Assembly (NCBI GenBank): GCA_951406725.2
Contig: OX597824.1
Coordinates: 66,898,001-66,962,000 of the forward strand
DNA length: 64,000 nucleotides
Reading direction: 5' to 3'
From: Octopus vulgaris
Taxonomy: Eukaryota
Made by a program: the position numbers and the translations under genes. The notes beneath the pieces are model-generated. The model did no database searches, had not been told where the DNA came from, and worked only from the letters and a program-made list of their open reading frames with translations. Shown piece after piece: positions 51,424 through 63,226 of the stretch. Each line of letters opens with the position of its first letter. The stretch's first letter is position 1.

Positions 51424-52105
51424 ATATATGCAACATACTGTGGTGATTATACTATTGTTAATCGGTACTAAAAATGGCTTCCTACACCAGAGAAGTCCTA
51501 GTGGCAAATGAACAAAGTTCTGGACACTCATCTGTGAACAAAATGGAAAATTCCATGTTCATTGAGACAAGAAACTAACCGTTCACTATTTCTCAATAGA
51601 TGATCCAGCTGCACCATTGCCATTAGTAAACAAATAGCACTACAACAAAAGCAGTGCAACTCCAGAAGAATTTTAAAAAGGCTATTTTTTAATATTTACT
51701 GAGTAATTGTAATCATATTTATATCAACAATATTAGTTAAATCAAATGTTTTATAATATAAAAAATGTTATTAATTGCTAAGTAATGAAATATCATTCTT
51801 TGTAAGGAGCGGATTTCAGTTAATCCAAAGGAAATGACAGCAGCAACTTTTCAGATATCATGATTGAAGACCTATTAATTTTTAAGGTACAAAACTGTGT
51901 CTTCTATGCCACAAAATACACTTTGTGTAAGATATCATCTTCATCATCAACATAACGTCCACCTATTTACACCAGCCCTCACCTGTTTCCAAAGCAAGGT
52001 AATATTTTGCCATGGCACAAAATGTTTTCACAGAAGACTGAAAATGAAGAACATCTCTTGTCTGATGGTGACATTTGTTTACAACTATCATGTAGTATTA
52101 AGACA

Positions 52106-52179
<74 letters not shown>

Positions 52180-52425
52180 CGTACGGTGAGAATTAAGAAA
52201 CAAAGACAAAAGATGAAGACGGGTGTGTAAACAACAAACAGATATATTAGTTTAACGCTCGGGAAGTGAGAAAGTCTTTTACGTTTTGAGCCTATACTCT
52301 TCGACAGAAAGGAACACAGAAATAAACAGGGAGAGAAAATAGAAAAAAGTATAATGCCTAGCGATTTATCATGGCGAATACCAGACAGAGGGGTCACACA
52401 GGAGGGCTAGGAAGAAGGGGAGATG
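52180..52425 (-). mobile_element. Penelope-like terminal fragment with a hammerhead-like motif
   Basis: Homologous to 53627-53840; embedded in microsatellites. Confidence 0.6.
52275..52312 (-). ncRNA. Minimal type I hammerhead-like motif (G12 mutated)
   Basis: CCUUU-CUGUCGA-A-GAGU(auag)GCUC-aAAA-CGU-A-AAAGA. Confidence 0.4.
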
Positions 52426-52433
52426 AATGTATG

Positions 52434-52497
<64 letters not shown>

Positions 52498-53569
52498 GAC
52501 ATACACACACATACAATGAGCTTCTTTCAGTTTCAGTTTACCAAAATTTCTCACAAGGCTTTGGTTGTCTCCAGGGCTATAGTAGAAGATTCTTTCCCAA
52601 GTTGCTGTGTAGTTGGACTGATCATGAAACCATGTACTTGGGAAGCAAGCTTCTCAGCTACACTGTAATGTCTGCACCTCATGAAGAATAATGTGCAAGA
52701 ACAAATATACCTCCAGAATTACTGTTGTCTCATACTGGTCTACGTTTTTAGTTGTGATGTAATATAATTAAGAGCTGGGGGTGAGCTTCTGCCATATTGA
52801 ATCCACTAATTGCATTTCAACTCTCAGCTGGAAACGTTTTCATCTCACATACATTGTTAACGTACTTGGGGAAAGACATAAACATCACATCATTAGAAGT
52901 CATCAAACCTAAACCTAAAGTGTAGGGTTATTGTCTGATCTAAAAGAACCCCCTTCCTTAATATTCTAGTCTATTAACAGATGTGTTTATTTTTTTGGTG
53001 GAGCTTACAGAATTATGTCCTCCTTCACCAACTCCCTGGAGACAAAGAAAAAACTCAAAATCTTACTAACTAATAATTCACTATCATTGTCATCATTGCT
53101 GCTGCCACTGTCTTTATGTTCATTTTTTCCTTATGTTTGTATAGGTAACATCATCATCATTACCGTTACCCTTTCCTCCTCCTCCTTGTCATTGTTGTTT
53201 GCTTTATGAGATTCAGCATTATTTTTTTTTATACTTTAAATCCTTCCTACTTGGATCTCCTGGTACTTCTTTAACACGTATGTTATCGTCCATGTGCATT
53301 ACATTTTTGTAATAAGACAGTAATTTCTCTCTCTTTGCACACTACAGCTAATTTCTTTTATACCAAATTCTTCTGTTTAGTATAACTTTGTCATTAAACT
53401 TATGTTTGAAATATAAATTTACATGTAGGAGTAGGAGTGGCTGTGTGGTAAGTAGCTTACTTATGAACCACATGGTTCCAGGTTCAGTCCCACTGCGTAG
53501 CACCTTGGGCAAGTGTCTTCTACTATAGCCTCGATCTATTTGGTAGACGGAAACTAAAGAAGCCCGTCG

Positions 53570-53602
<33 letters not shown>

Positions 53603-53626
53603 ATATGTATATATATATATATATAT

Positions 53627-54616
53627 AACGGGAAGCTTTATGAAAATAAACAAAAGACGAAGGCAGGTGGAAAACAAACGAACAATTGTATTAGTATGGC
53701 GCTCAGGAAATATAAATAAAACAAGTCTTTAACGTTTCGAGCCTACGCTCTTCAACAGAAAGATACACAGAGAGAGAAAAACACAGAAAGAAGGAGAGAA
53801 AAAAAAATGCGTGCAGTAGCTAACGAATCAACATGGCGATCTGATTTCGGCCAGAGGTCAAAGATCAAACATGAGACGCGAGAGCGAAATAAGGGGAGAT
53901 AATAGGGTTGATAAAAGGGTTGAGGGACCAGCTAAAAGTGCGTGGGAGGGGTCTGGATGTGTGTATGTATAGGGTTGGTGTATGTATTAGTATGTATAAG
54001 GGTGTGTGTGTGTGTGTGTGTGTATGAGAGAGTATTAGTGCGTAAGATTGGTCTGGACGTGCGTATGTATGGGGTTGGTGTATGTATTAGTATGTATTAG
54101 TATGTATTAGTACGTATTGGTATGTATAGGTGTGTGTGTGTGTGTGTGTGAGAGAGTATAAGTGCGTATGCGGGGTCTGGACGTGTGTATGTATAGGGTT
54201 GGTGTAAGTATTAGTATGTACTGGTATGTATTAGTACGTATTAGTATGTATTAGTTGGTGTGTGTATTAGTATGGCACATCATATGTGATGTGATGTGTA
54301 AAGTCATGTGGTGTAGTGAGGAGAAGAGGGGGAGGGGGGAAGAGGGGGAGAGAAGGCGAGGGGAAGGGGGAAGAGGAGAGGATGGGGGAGAAGGGGGATG
54401 AAGGAGGAAAGAGGGAGAGAGGGAGTGAGGGAGCAGAGGGAAGGGGAAGAGGGAGGGAGAAAGAGGGAAGAAGGGAAGGGGAGTAGGGGTGAAAGGATGA
54501 AGGACTGTAGAAGTAGGGGTCGGGGGGAGAAAGGATAGGTGATGAGGGGGGAGGGGGTTAGATGAGGAGGGGGGAGAGTTGAGACCAAATGGCGTATAAG
54601 AGCGAAGAGAGAAGAT
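53627..54616 (-). mobile_element. Penelope-like non-autonomous element inserted in (TA)n
   Basis: Hammerhead-like terminus, three internal repeats of about 100-125 bp (53950-54250), G/A-rich tract, (TA)n on both sides. Confidence 0.6.
53726..53763 (-). ncRNA. Minimal type I hammerhead ribozyme-like motif with an A6U core variant
   Basis: UCUUU-CUGUUGA-A-GAGC(guag)GCUC-GAAA-CGU-U-AAAGA: 5-bp stem I, 4-bp stem II, palindromic ACGU in place of stem III. Confidence 0.55.
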
Positions 54617-54917
54617 TATATATATATATATATATATATGTATATGGTGTGTATATGTTTGTGCGTCTGTTTTTGTCCCCCCAACATCGCTTGACAACCG
54701 ATGCTGGTGTGTTTACGTCCTCGTAACTTAGCAGTTTGGCAAAAGAGACCGATAGAATAATTACTAGGCTTACAAAGAATAAGTCCTGGGGTCGATTTGC
54801 TTGATTAAAGACCACTAAAGGCAGTGCTCCAGCATGGCCACAGTCAAATGACTGAAACAAGTAAAAGAGTAAAAAAGAGTATGTAATTTTGATGGGAGCT
54901 TTAAAATTTAGATCACT

Positions 54918-55138
54918 TTAACTCTTTTGGTACCATATTTCTCTTCAGATACACTGTCTTTGTATCAATTAATTTTGAAAATAATGAGGGATTTAGTATA
55001 ATAACATTGTCATTATTAAGTTGGTGTTTAAAACATGAAATTTTGATGGAGGTTTTTAATTTAGATTACTTTAAAGGAGTAAGTTAGTATCATAAAACTT
55101 AGGACTGATCTTAACCCGAGTGCTATCAAAAAAATTAA
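54918..55138. mobile_element. Degenerate TTAA-type MITE
   Basis: Internal homology to 6907-7127 (atttagtataataac...cattattaag...tttgatggaggttttta). Confidence 0.55.
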
Positions 55139-56164
55139 TGCATGTTAATATTACATCTACTAATTACCCTAATACCTACTAATTTCTTGTTTTTAAATTG
55201 CAAAATGCTCTAATGTCTCAGTTTCAGCATGATTTCTATGGCTAGATGTCCTTCCTAACACTGATCACTTTACAGAGTGTAGTGGATGCTTTTTCCATTA
55301 TACCAACACTAGTGAAGTCACCCTGTAACTGGCAAGACAAAAGAACTGCCATGAGGGAGAGAAAGGAGAAAGAGAGAGAGATGATACTAGGTGAGGTTAA
55401 TGAGAAGGTAAAATATAATGGGGAAGAACAAATTTATTGTGAGAATGGTGGTGGAGGAGAGTAAAAGAGTTGAGATAAGGAGTGTGGGAGAGCAAGAGGG
55501 AAGAAAAGGGTAGTAGTATCAGGAGTTAGTGTGTGTGTGAGAGAGAGAGAGAAGTGGAGGGACAGCAAAAAGAGCTGTATAGGGGTTCTAGTGGTATCTA
55601 ACAAATTTAAGGGTGGAAGGTATGTGAAGAAGGGGATATGAGAAGAGAGAGAGAGAGAGAGAGAGATGAAGGTAATGAAAATTAAACATCAAAAATAAAT
55701 ATTTTTCCTGTTGTATAGAATACTAACTTCATAACTTGGTATCACTTAACAAGTAATTTAATACCTATTGCTGCCAGTAAGGTGAAACGAGACAACATAA
55801 TAAAATGTTTTGCTCTAGAAACAGCACAAAACTCTTGTAAGGCATTTGAACTCTTGATCAGTGAATAGGTAGTTCAATACAGCCATCCATCTTGCTACTA
55901 TTGTTACATGAGTTATTTATAATGGGGTAATTATTTGGTGTGAGGCATACAAAATGTTCTACAACAATCTTTAAAACCACTTCATATGAGAGTTTACCAT
56001 GCAACTTTACTAAGATCTGATTACACAGATTAAAGCAGTGTTTTCTAACTTTGATTGTGGGGAGCGGTATCATTAGGAAAACGATCTCATCAAGTCATAT
56101 ATTTTAATCAGTATGACATGTAATTAATTTAATTAATTTCCTTTTTAAAACTTTAATCAATTTA

Positions 56165-56207
<43 letters not shown>

Positions 56208-56230
56208 CATTATTATTATTATTATTATTA

Positions 56231-56790
56231 TTGAGTGAGAGAGCAGTGCATGCCATCAAAGTGATACTGGGGTAAAATATACGAAGCCCAGTATACCCAT
56301 CATGACTACCTGTCTGATAAGGATACACTAGGCACATGCATCACAACCATATGTGCGCAACATGGTGATCTCATATCAAGATAAACAGTGCATGACCTTG
56401 CAGGTGGGGCCTAGTTAGAATTTTCTTCTGGTCGAGTAGCCCATACCACTCAAAAGGTCCCTGAATAAGGATTGTTTAAGGATGTTGAACGAACCACCCA
56501 TGTTTCCAAAGGTGAATTATTCAAACCCCAAAGAATTCCTCTCAACACATGGCTATGATGCTCCCCCACTACTTCTGCTCGTGATCAGAGATACACATAT
56601 CATCAGCCACTAAGGGACATGGTCAACTGGTTATGGTCAAACAACTGACAAGCAAATCTGTGGTATTGAGCAGAATATTTGCTGTACCCAATCTTTTATA
56701 CCAAGACAAAACATGTACATGATAACACTTCCAATCAGTTAAGATCAGAAGCCATGAGAGTCACTGTCTGGTACTGCAACAGGGCATTAT
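56231..56790. mobile_element. Non-coding interspersed element inserted in (TAA)n, possibly R4/Dong-related
   Basis: About 560 bp of balanced-GC sequence with (tta)n on both sides; Dong-clade LINEs are known to target TAA repeats. The family assignment is inference. Confidence 0.45.
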
Positions 56791-56807
56791 TATTATTATT
56801 ATTATTA

Positions 56808-57657
56808 AGGCAGTGAGCTGGCAGAATCATGCCGGGTAAAATGCTTAGTGGCATTTTGTCCATCATTACATTCTGAGTTCAAGTTCTGCCAAGGACAGCT
56901 TTGCCTTTCATGCTTTTGGGGTTAATAAAATAAGTACCAGTAGATGTAATTGATTTATCCCCTCCTTTTAAATTGTTGACCCTGTGCCAGAATTTGAAAT
57001 CACTATTATTATTATGCCGAGGTTCACTTTGCTTTTCATCCTTCCAGTGTCAACAGAATAAGTACCAGCTGGGCACTGGAGTCGATGTAATCAACTTATC
57101 CTCTCCCCCGAAATTGCTGGCCTTGTGCTAAAATTTGAAACCATTGTTATTATTAAGCTAAGCATTTTGTCCATCTTTGCGTTCTGTATTCAAATTCTGC
57201 TGAGGTGAACTTCCCTTTCATCCTTTTGGGGTCAATAAAATAAAGTACCAGTTGATCACTGAGGTCTTACCAACTCACCCGAAATTGCTGGCCTTGTGCA
57301 AAAATTTGAAACCATTATTACTATGATTTGTATTGGCAGAATTGTTAAAGCATTGGACAAAATGCCATGCAATATTTAATATTTAGTTATAGCTCTTTAA
57401 ATTCTGTGTTCAAACCCTCTCAAGGTCAACTTTGCCTTTCATTCCTCTGTGGCTGATGAAATAAAGTACCAGTCAAGTACTGGAGTTGATGGTATCAAGT
57501 AACTCCCTACCCTCAAAATTGCTGGCTCTTTGCCTAAATTTGAAACCAGAGGCGGTGAATGAGCTTGCAGATTTGTTAGCTTGTTGGATAAAGTGCTTAG
57601 CTGCTTTCCTTCTGGCTTTTTACATTCTGAGTTCAAATTTTGCTGAGGTCAACTTCC
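56808..57657 (+). mobile_element. Head-to-tail array of about 5 SINE family B variants
   Basis: Repeated ttcaaattctgc..gaggt.aactttgcctttcatcc...aagtaccag...aaattgctggcc...aatttgaaac units separated by (tta)n. Confidence 0.85.
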
Positions 57658-58339
57658 TAATATCAACCACTTTATGGAGTGTACTGGGTGTGCTTTTCAT
57701 AATACCAGCTGTCATGAGGTTACTAAGTAACTTCTAAGGCAAAGTAAATACAAGGAAAAACCTCCTTAACTAAGTAGTGATGTATTTGAGAGAGGGGGAG
57801 GTGGTTTTATGCCCGGTGTTGAGAGGCTAAAGTCTTCACTTCCTCTTTCTATCTGTGTGTTTGTACATCTGTCTGTCTCTGTTTGTTCGTGTCTCTTCTC
57901 TCTTTGCCTCTAACATTTTATCATTTTCTTTGTCTCCCTAGATCTGTCTCTCTATCACTGACCTCCTTATATATGCATAAAAGGGTCAAGGCAAATAGAG
58001 GTGTCTTGCCAGAGGGGAGAAACATAGCTAACCCCCCCTGCATTATATAAGGGTGGGTGGGGTAAAGGGGGGTAGAAAATAAAGCTGGTGGTGGTGAGGT
58101 GCCAGAGTGAACTCTCAAAGTATAAGAAGGTAAGTATAAGAGACAACACATACAGTGAATTAGGGGTTAAGGAAGAAGAGTGTGGGTAATTTCAAATCTT
58201 GAAAGGAATTAGTCATAAAAAGTTTTTATGTATATTTTTGTCCCCCAGAAAAAAATGCTTAATGCAGTGTTTCTGTAATGAAGAGGGGTTGTATAAGTTT
58301 ATTGTAAATTCTGACATTCTCTTGATTTCCTGTAATTCA

Positions 58340-58890
58340 GACCACTTCGTGGTCCCAGCAGGCAAAATGGAAAAGCCGTTGCTCTGAGGGATGACAAGGG
58401 AGATGCACTGAAACAGTCACTCTGACTCATGGGGCTTGCACTTGCAGATGGCCATTTCTGCCCTGATAGCTGTAAGCAAGGAAATGGTCCAGGGACCAAG
58501 AACACTGGAGGTCTCCACTGCCACAGGCTCATCCATAAACCTGTCAGAGAGTAACCAATAATTTGACAGTTTGCTCTCCTCAGCCTGATGGGCAGTGGCA
58601 CCTGGGTTGGTAGCTGAATACACCAAGTTGCTGCAGGAGAGGGTGTCACAGCATATGGCATCCCAGATGAAGGGCCTACTGCCATGGAACAGGAAAATTG
58701 TCATACTGTCAGCCCCTTTGGCTCAAGCTGGGAAAGGAATTCTGTGGAGTCTGACACAAAGTTGCTGCAGGAGAGGGTGTCACAGCATATGGCATCCCAG
58801 ATGAAGGGCCTACTGCCATGGAACAGGAAAGTTGTCATACTGTCAGCCCCTTTGGCTCAAGCTGGGAAAGGAATCCTGCAGAGTCTGGGG
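58340..58890 (-). mobile_element. CRE-like non-LTR retrotransposon 3' fragment (restriction-like endonuclease domain) with a 134-bp tandem duplication
   Basis: KGADSMTIFLF..SRPFIWDAICCDTL...GATAHQAEESKLSNY...PVAVETSSVLGP...LFQCISLVIPQSN resembles the RPDG.T..PW..G....WD.T..DT...AA..AE..K..KY...P.A.ET.G..G...QR.S...QRGN signature. Confidence 0.8.
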
Positions 58891-59079
58891 TCATTCTTAG
58901 TTATTGAAAATTTTCAAGCACCACCAAACAAAGAAATGTAAAAATACAATGATTCCACTTTCAGAATTACTGTTTTGCATGAAGACAGCTTCAAGTTACA
59001 AACTCTGGAATTGTAAGATTTATACATATTTATACTATTACAAATACTCATGCACACTGTGTAACAAGTTGTAGTCTGT

Positions 59080-59252
59080 GCATCTACCTATATGTATCTA
59101 CCTACTTTGTTGGTTGGTTTGTCTATCTCCCTACTTATCTGTCTGTCTATCTGCCTATGTATCCATCTACTTGTCTGTCGGTGTATTTACCTACCGATCT
59201 GTCTATCTACTAATGTACCTGCCTACCTACTTGCCTATCTGTTTCTCTGTCC

Positions 59253-59312
<60 letters not shown>

Positions 59313-59370
59313 ATATCTATCTTTCTACCTACCTACCTACATATCTACCTACCTACCTACCCACCCACCC
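59080..59370. repeat. (TCTA)n/(CCTA)n tetranucleotide tract
   Basis: Directly visible. Confidence 0.95.
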
Positions 59371-59774
59371 TCTCCCTTTCTCTCTCTCTGTGACTGTATT
59401 GGAACATGTCATTAAATGTGACAAGTGGTATTTTTGTATACATTTATCTATCCATCTGTCAGTCCATTCCCTATCTGCCTGTCATTCCGTCTGTCCTTTC
59501 CCCCTCAACTCTCACGCACGTTACCCATATACGGCTACAGGCCAGTGAAGCCTTTACGTGGTCGTGCAAGCTACAAGAAATAACAGCTAAATTTCCCTCA
59601 TATCACTCCTCACCATCTAAAAAAATTAAGGAACATTTGATATTATCTAAGAACTACCCCTAAAAAAAAAACAAGATGGTCATGGCTAGAATGTCTTCAT
59701 AATTATAATTATAGGCTGTTTGATCATGAGTGATCCGGGGTTAAACAACAGCAGTATATTGTGTACATACATTA

Positions 59775-59985
59775 CGTCTACTGCTACTATCACCATCTAT
59801 CTCATCGATGCCACCACCACTACTGCTACTATCACCATCAACACCATCATTTTTACGATGACGCTACCGAAAACGACGACGACGACGACCACCATAACGA
59901 TGACGACTACAATCGCCACCATGACTATGACCACGACTAGGCCCGATGACTTCGCCACCAACACCACCATTACTGCCGACGCTAT
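59775..59985. repeat. (ACC/ACG/ACT)n low-complexity tract
   Basis: Directly visible; source of the poly-T ORF. Confidence 0.85.
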
Positions 59986-60587
59986 TCTGCACCTTGTCTC
60001 CATTAAGTCGTAGCTATAAATATAATGAGGGAAGGGTGAGTGTGTGTGTTGAGATAAAAAGTTTTTTGGCTTGGCTGGGCTAAAGTGTTGAGTGATGGTG
60101 GTAGTGGAAGGTGTCAATATGTCAGAGTTAAAAATGGTGACATTTACCATCACCACCACTACTACTGTTGACGTTATTGATGCTGCCAATGGTAGTGCCT
60201 ATCATTGCGATGATGATGACGATAGTTCTAGCACTTCATTCTGATAAAAAAGAACAAAATCCATCCAATCTTCAAAACATAGGATAACAATTACTTACAG
60301 ATACCAATGACTTAATAAGACTGATCGCTGCCTGCCTGTCTGTCTGCTTATATCTTTTTATCATCTTTTACTCGTTTCACTCATTGGACTGCAACCACAG
60401 TGCTTATGTTATTTTTTTAAAGTCTGGTATTTATTCTATTGGGCTCTTTTTATAGAACTGTTGAATTACAGAGTTGTAAACAAACCAACCCCAGTTGTGG
60501 GGGACAATATAAACGTAAAGACCCAGCACACATTAGATACATAAACACACACATACACACATTTATATACATATATAAATATGTGAA

Positions 60588-60925
60588 TGAAGGTGCATGG
60601 CTCAGTGGTTAGTGTCGGGCTCACAATTATGAGGTAGTAAGTTCAGTTCCTGGACTGGGCTGTGTGTTGTGTTCTTGGGCAAGACACATTATTTCACATT
60701 GCTCCAGTTCACTCATCTGTAGAAATGAGTTGTGATGTTACTAGTGCCAAGCTGTATCGGCCTTTGCCTTTCCCTTGGATAACATCAGTGGCATAGAGAG
60801 GAAAGATTGGTATGCATGGGCCGACTGTTGGTCTTCTATGAACAATCTTGCCTGGATTTGTGCTTTGGCTGGGAACTTTCTAGGTGCAATGCCATGGTCA
60901 TTCATGACCCAAAGGGTCTTTACCC
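60588..60925 (+). mobile_element. SINE family C2
   Basis: Homologous to 36559-36876. Confidence 0.8.
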
Positions 60926-61090
60926 ATATATATATAGTATTTAATAAATCGTATGGTATGCACTTGATCGTTTGGTGTTTGTTGGATATGTAATTAATGA
61001 GAAATATGGAAGATGCTCATTTCTTCCAGTGTCTGTCTCCCTCCTTAATTTTCCCAGGTACAATAATATATATATATGTGTGTGTGTGTG

Positions 61091-61335
61091 TGGAGGTGCA
61101 TGGCTTAGTGGTTAGAGTGTTGAACTCATGATCGTAAGGTTGTGGTTTCGATTCCTGGACTGGGCGATGTGTTGTGTTCTTGAGCAAAAACTTCATTTCA
61201 TGTTGCTCCAGTCCACTTAGCTGGCAAAAATGAGTAATCCTGCGATGGACTGGCGTCCCGTCTGGGTGGAGAATTTCTACGCCATTGAAACCGGAAACCG
61301 GCCCTTATGAGACTGGCATGGCTCGAGAAAGAACA
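61091..61335 (+). mobile_element. SINE with a C-type head and a D-type tail
   Basis: C head/central motif followed by gatggactggcgtcccgtc...ggaaaccggcccttatgag...catggctcgaga as in 23638-23941. Confidence 0.8.
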
Positions 61336-61406
61336 TTTATTTTTTTTTATTTATGTATATATATATAATCCTCTGATCCCCTCCATTTTCTTATTGCTCT
61401 CTCTCT

Positions 61407-61447
<41 letters not shown>

Positions 61448-61494
61448 CACACATGATGGGCTTCTAACCCTCACCCAAATCCACAAGGTTTTGT

Positions 61495-61730
61495 TGTGCC
61501 ACATAAAGTGCTATGTAAAAAGCATTGTTGTGGGTGCTGGTGTAAAAAGTAAAAAGTATCCAGTACACTCTATAAAGTGGTTGGTGCTAGGAATGGCATC
61601 CAGCCATAGAAACTAGGCCAAAACTGACTATGGAACCTGGTGCAGTCCCTAGCTTTACCAATTCCTGTCAGGCCATCCAACCCATGCCAGCATGGAAAAT
61701 GGATGTTGAATGTTGATGATGATGATGATG
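61495..61730 (+). mobile_element. RTE-like 3' UTR
   Basis: Shared tail ending in (gat)n. Confidence 0.7.
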
Positions 61731-62009
61731 GCAACAACTTCCTGAAGAATACACAATGTTAATAAAATTTTGCAGAGATAGGTTTCCAGTGCAATAGGTT
61801 GTGATTAGGAGAGTGCAATTTATGTTGTTAAGATTTAAGAAAATAATTGTTTGCAATTTTGTCATGAGGCCAAAATTTTTGGAGAAGTGAGTCACTTGAT
61901 TACTTCAACCACAGTGTTCAATTGGTACTTATTTTATCAACTCAGAAAGGTTGAAAGGCAAAGTCGACCTCGGCAGTATTTGAATAAGATTTAAGAAAAT
62001 ATTACCATA

Positions 62010-62148
62010 TAGGTGCTGGCATAGCTGTGTAGTTAAGAAGCTCACTTCATAGTCATGTGGTTGGGTCAGTGTCTACTGCTATAGCCATGAGCCAACCAAC
62101 CAATACCTTGTGAGTGAATTCAGTAGATGGAGACTGTGTAGAAGCCTG

Positions 62149-62188
<40 letters not shown>

Positions 62189-62423
62189 GTGTGTGTATTA
62201 TATGTATGTGCATGTGTCTGTGTGTCATCTCTACCACCACTTGACAACTGGTACTGGTTTGTTTTCATCTTCATAACTTAGTGGTTCAGTAAAACCGATA
62301 GAATAAGTACCAGGCTTTAAGAAAAAAAAAACTTGGATTGATTTGTTTGGCTAAAATCCTTTAAAGCATGCCCCAGCATGGCCACAGTTCAGTGACTGAA
62401 ACAAGTAAAAGATAAAAGATAAA
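62010..62423 (+). mobile_element. SINE family A
   Basis: Consensus match. Confidence 0.8.
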
Positions 62424-62484
62424 AATATATTCGTTGCAAATATACAAATTTGTTTTATTTAATTTCACTTTAAGCTAATTCTTT

Positions 62485-63226
62485 TATTCTTTTACTTGTT
62501 TCAGTCATTTGACTGTGGCTATGCTGGAGCACCCACTTAAAGGGTTTTAGTTGAACAAACCGACCCTAGCACTTATTTCTTAAGCCTAGTACTTATTCTA
62601 TCAGTCTCTTTTGCTGAACCACCAAGGTACAGGAACATAAACACACCAACACCAGTTGTCAAGCACTGATGGGAGAGGGGGCAACAAACAGACACAAAAG
62701 ACATGCACACATAGATATATACTAGCACTATGACCCGGCAACGCCAGGTCATAGTGCTAGTGCATGCATATACAGCTGCGTGCGTATGCACATACACACG
62801 AATACTGTCCAAATCTCCGACCAATCACATACAGCTAGCTGGCATTCAATTGGCGTATCAAGTTTCAGGCATTTTGATTGGGTTTTGGATAGAAAATTCA
62901 CAAAAAAGTCACTTCTATTGATTTTTTTTAATGGCTTTGCAGGGTGACTGGGGAAATGTAAAGATGTGCACAACCATCGTTCGACGGTTTTGAATGACCA
63001 TAGAAAGTGCGAGCCCTCTAACTGAAAAATTGTGGATTTGTATAAAGGACACACACACAGACATTTTGCTGTTTATATATAGAGAGATGATGAGCTTCTT
63101 TCAGTTTCCATCTACCAAATCCAATTACAAGGCTTTGATTAGCCTGATGGCATAGTAAAAGATACTTTCCCAAGGTGCCATGTGGTTGGGAAGCAAGCTT
63201 CTTACCACACAGCCATGCTTGTGCCT
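62485..63226 (-). mobile_element. SINE family A interrupted by a Helitron-like insert
   Basis: A sequence on both sides of 62722-63085. Confidence 0.82.
62722..63085 (-). mobile_element. Non-autonomous Helitron
   Basis: Minus strand reads a|TCtctatatataaa ... hairpin ... CTAG|t, matching the canonical TC/CTAG ends and A|T insertion site. Confidence 0.8.

Larger units (their letters stand above)
53426..54880 (+). mobile_element. SINE family A split by an insert of about 1 kb in its internal (TA)n
   Basis: Head at 53426-53575, tail at 54655-54880. Confidence 0.88.
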
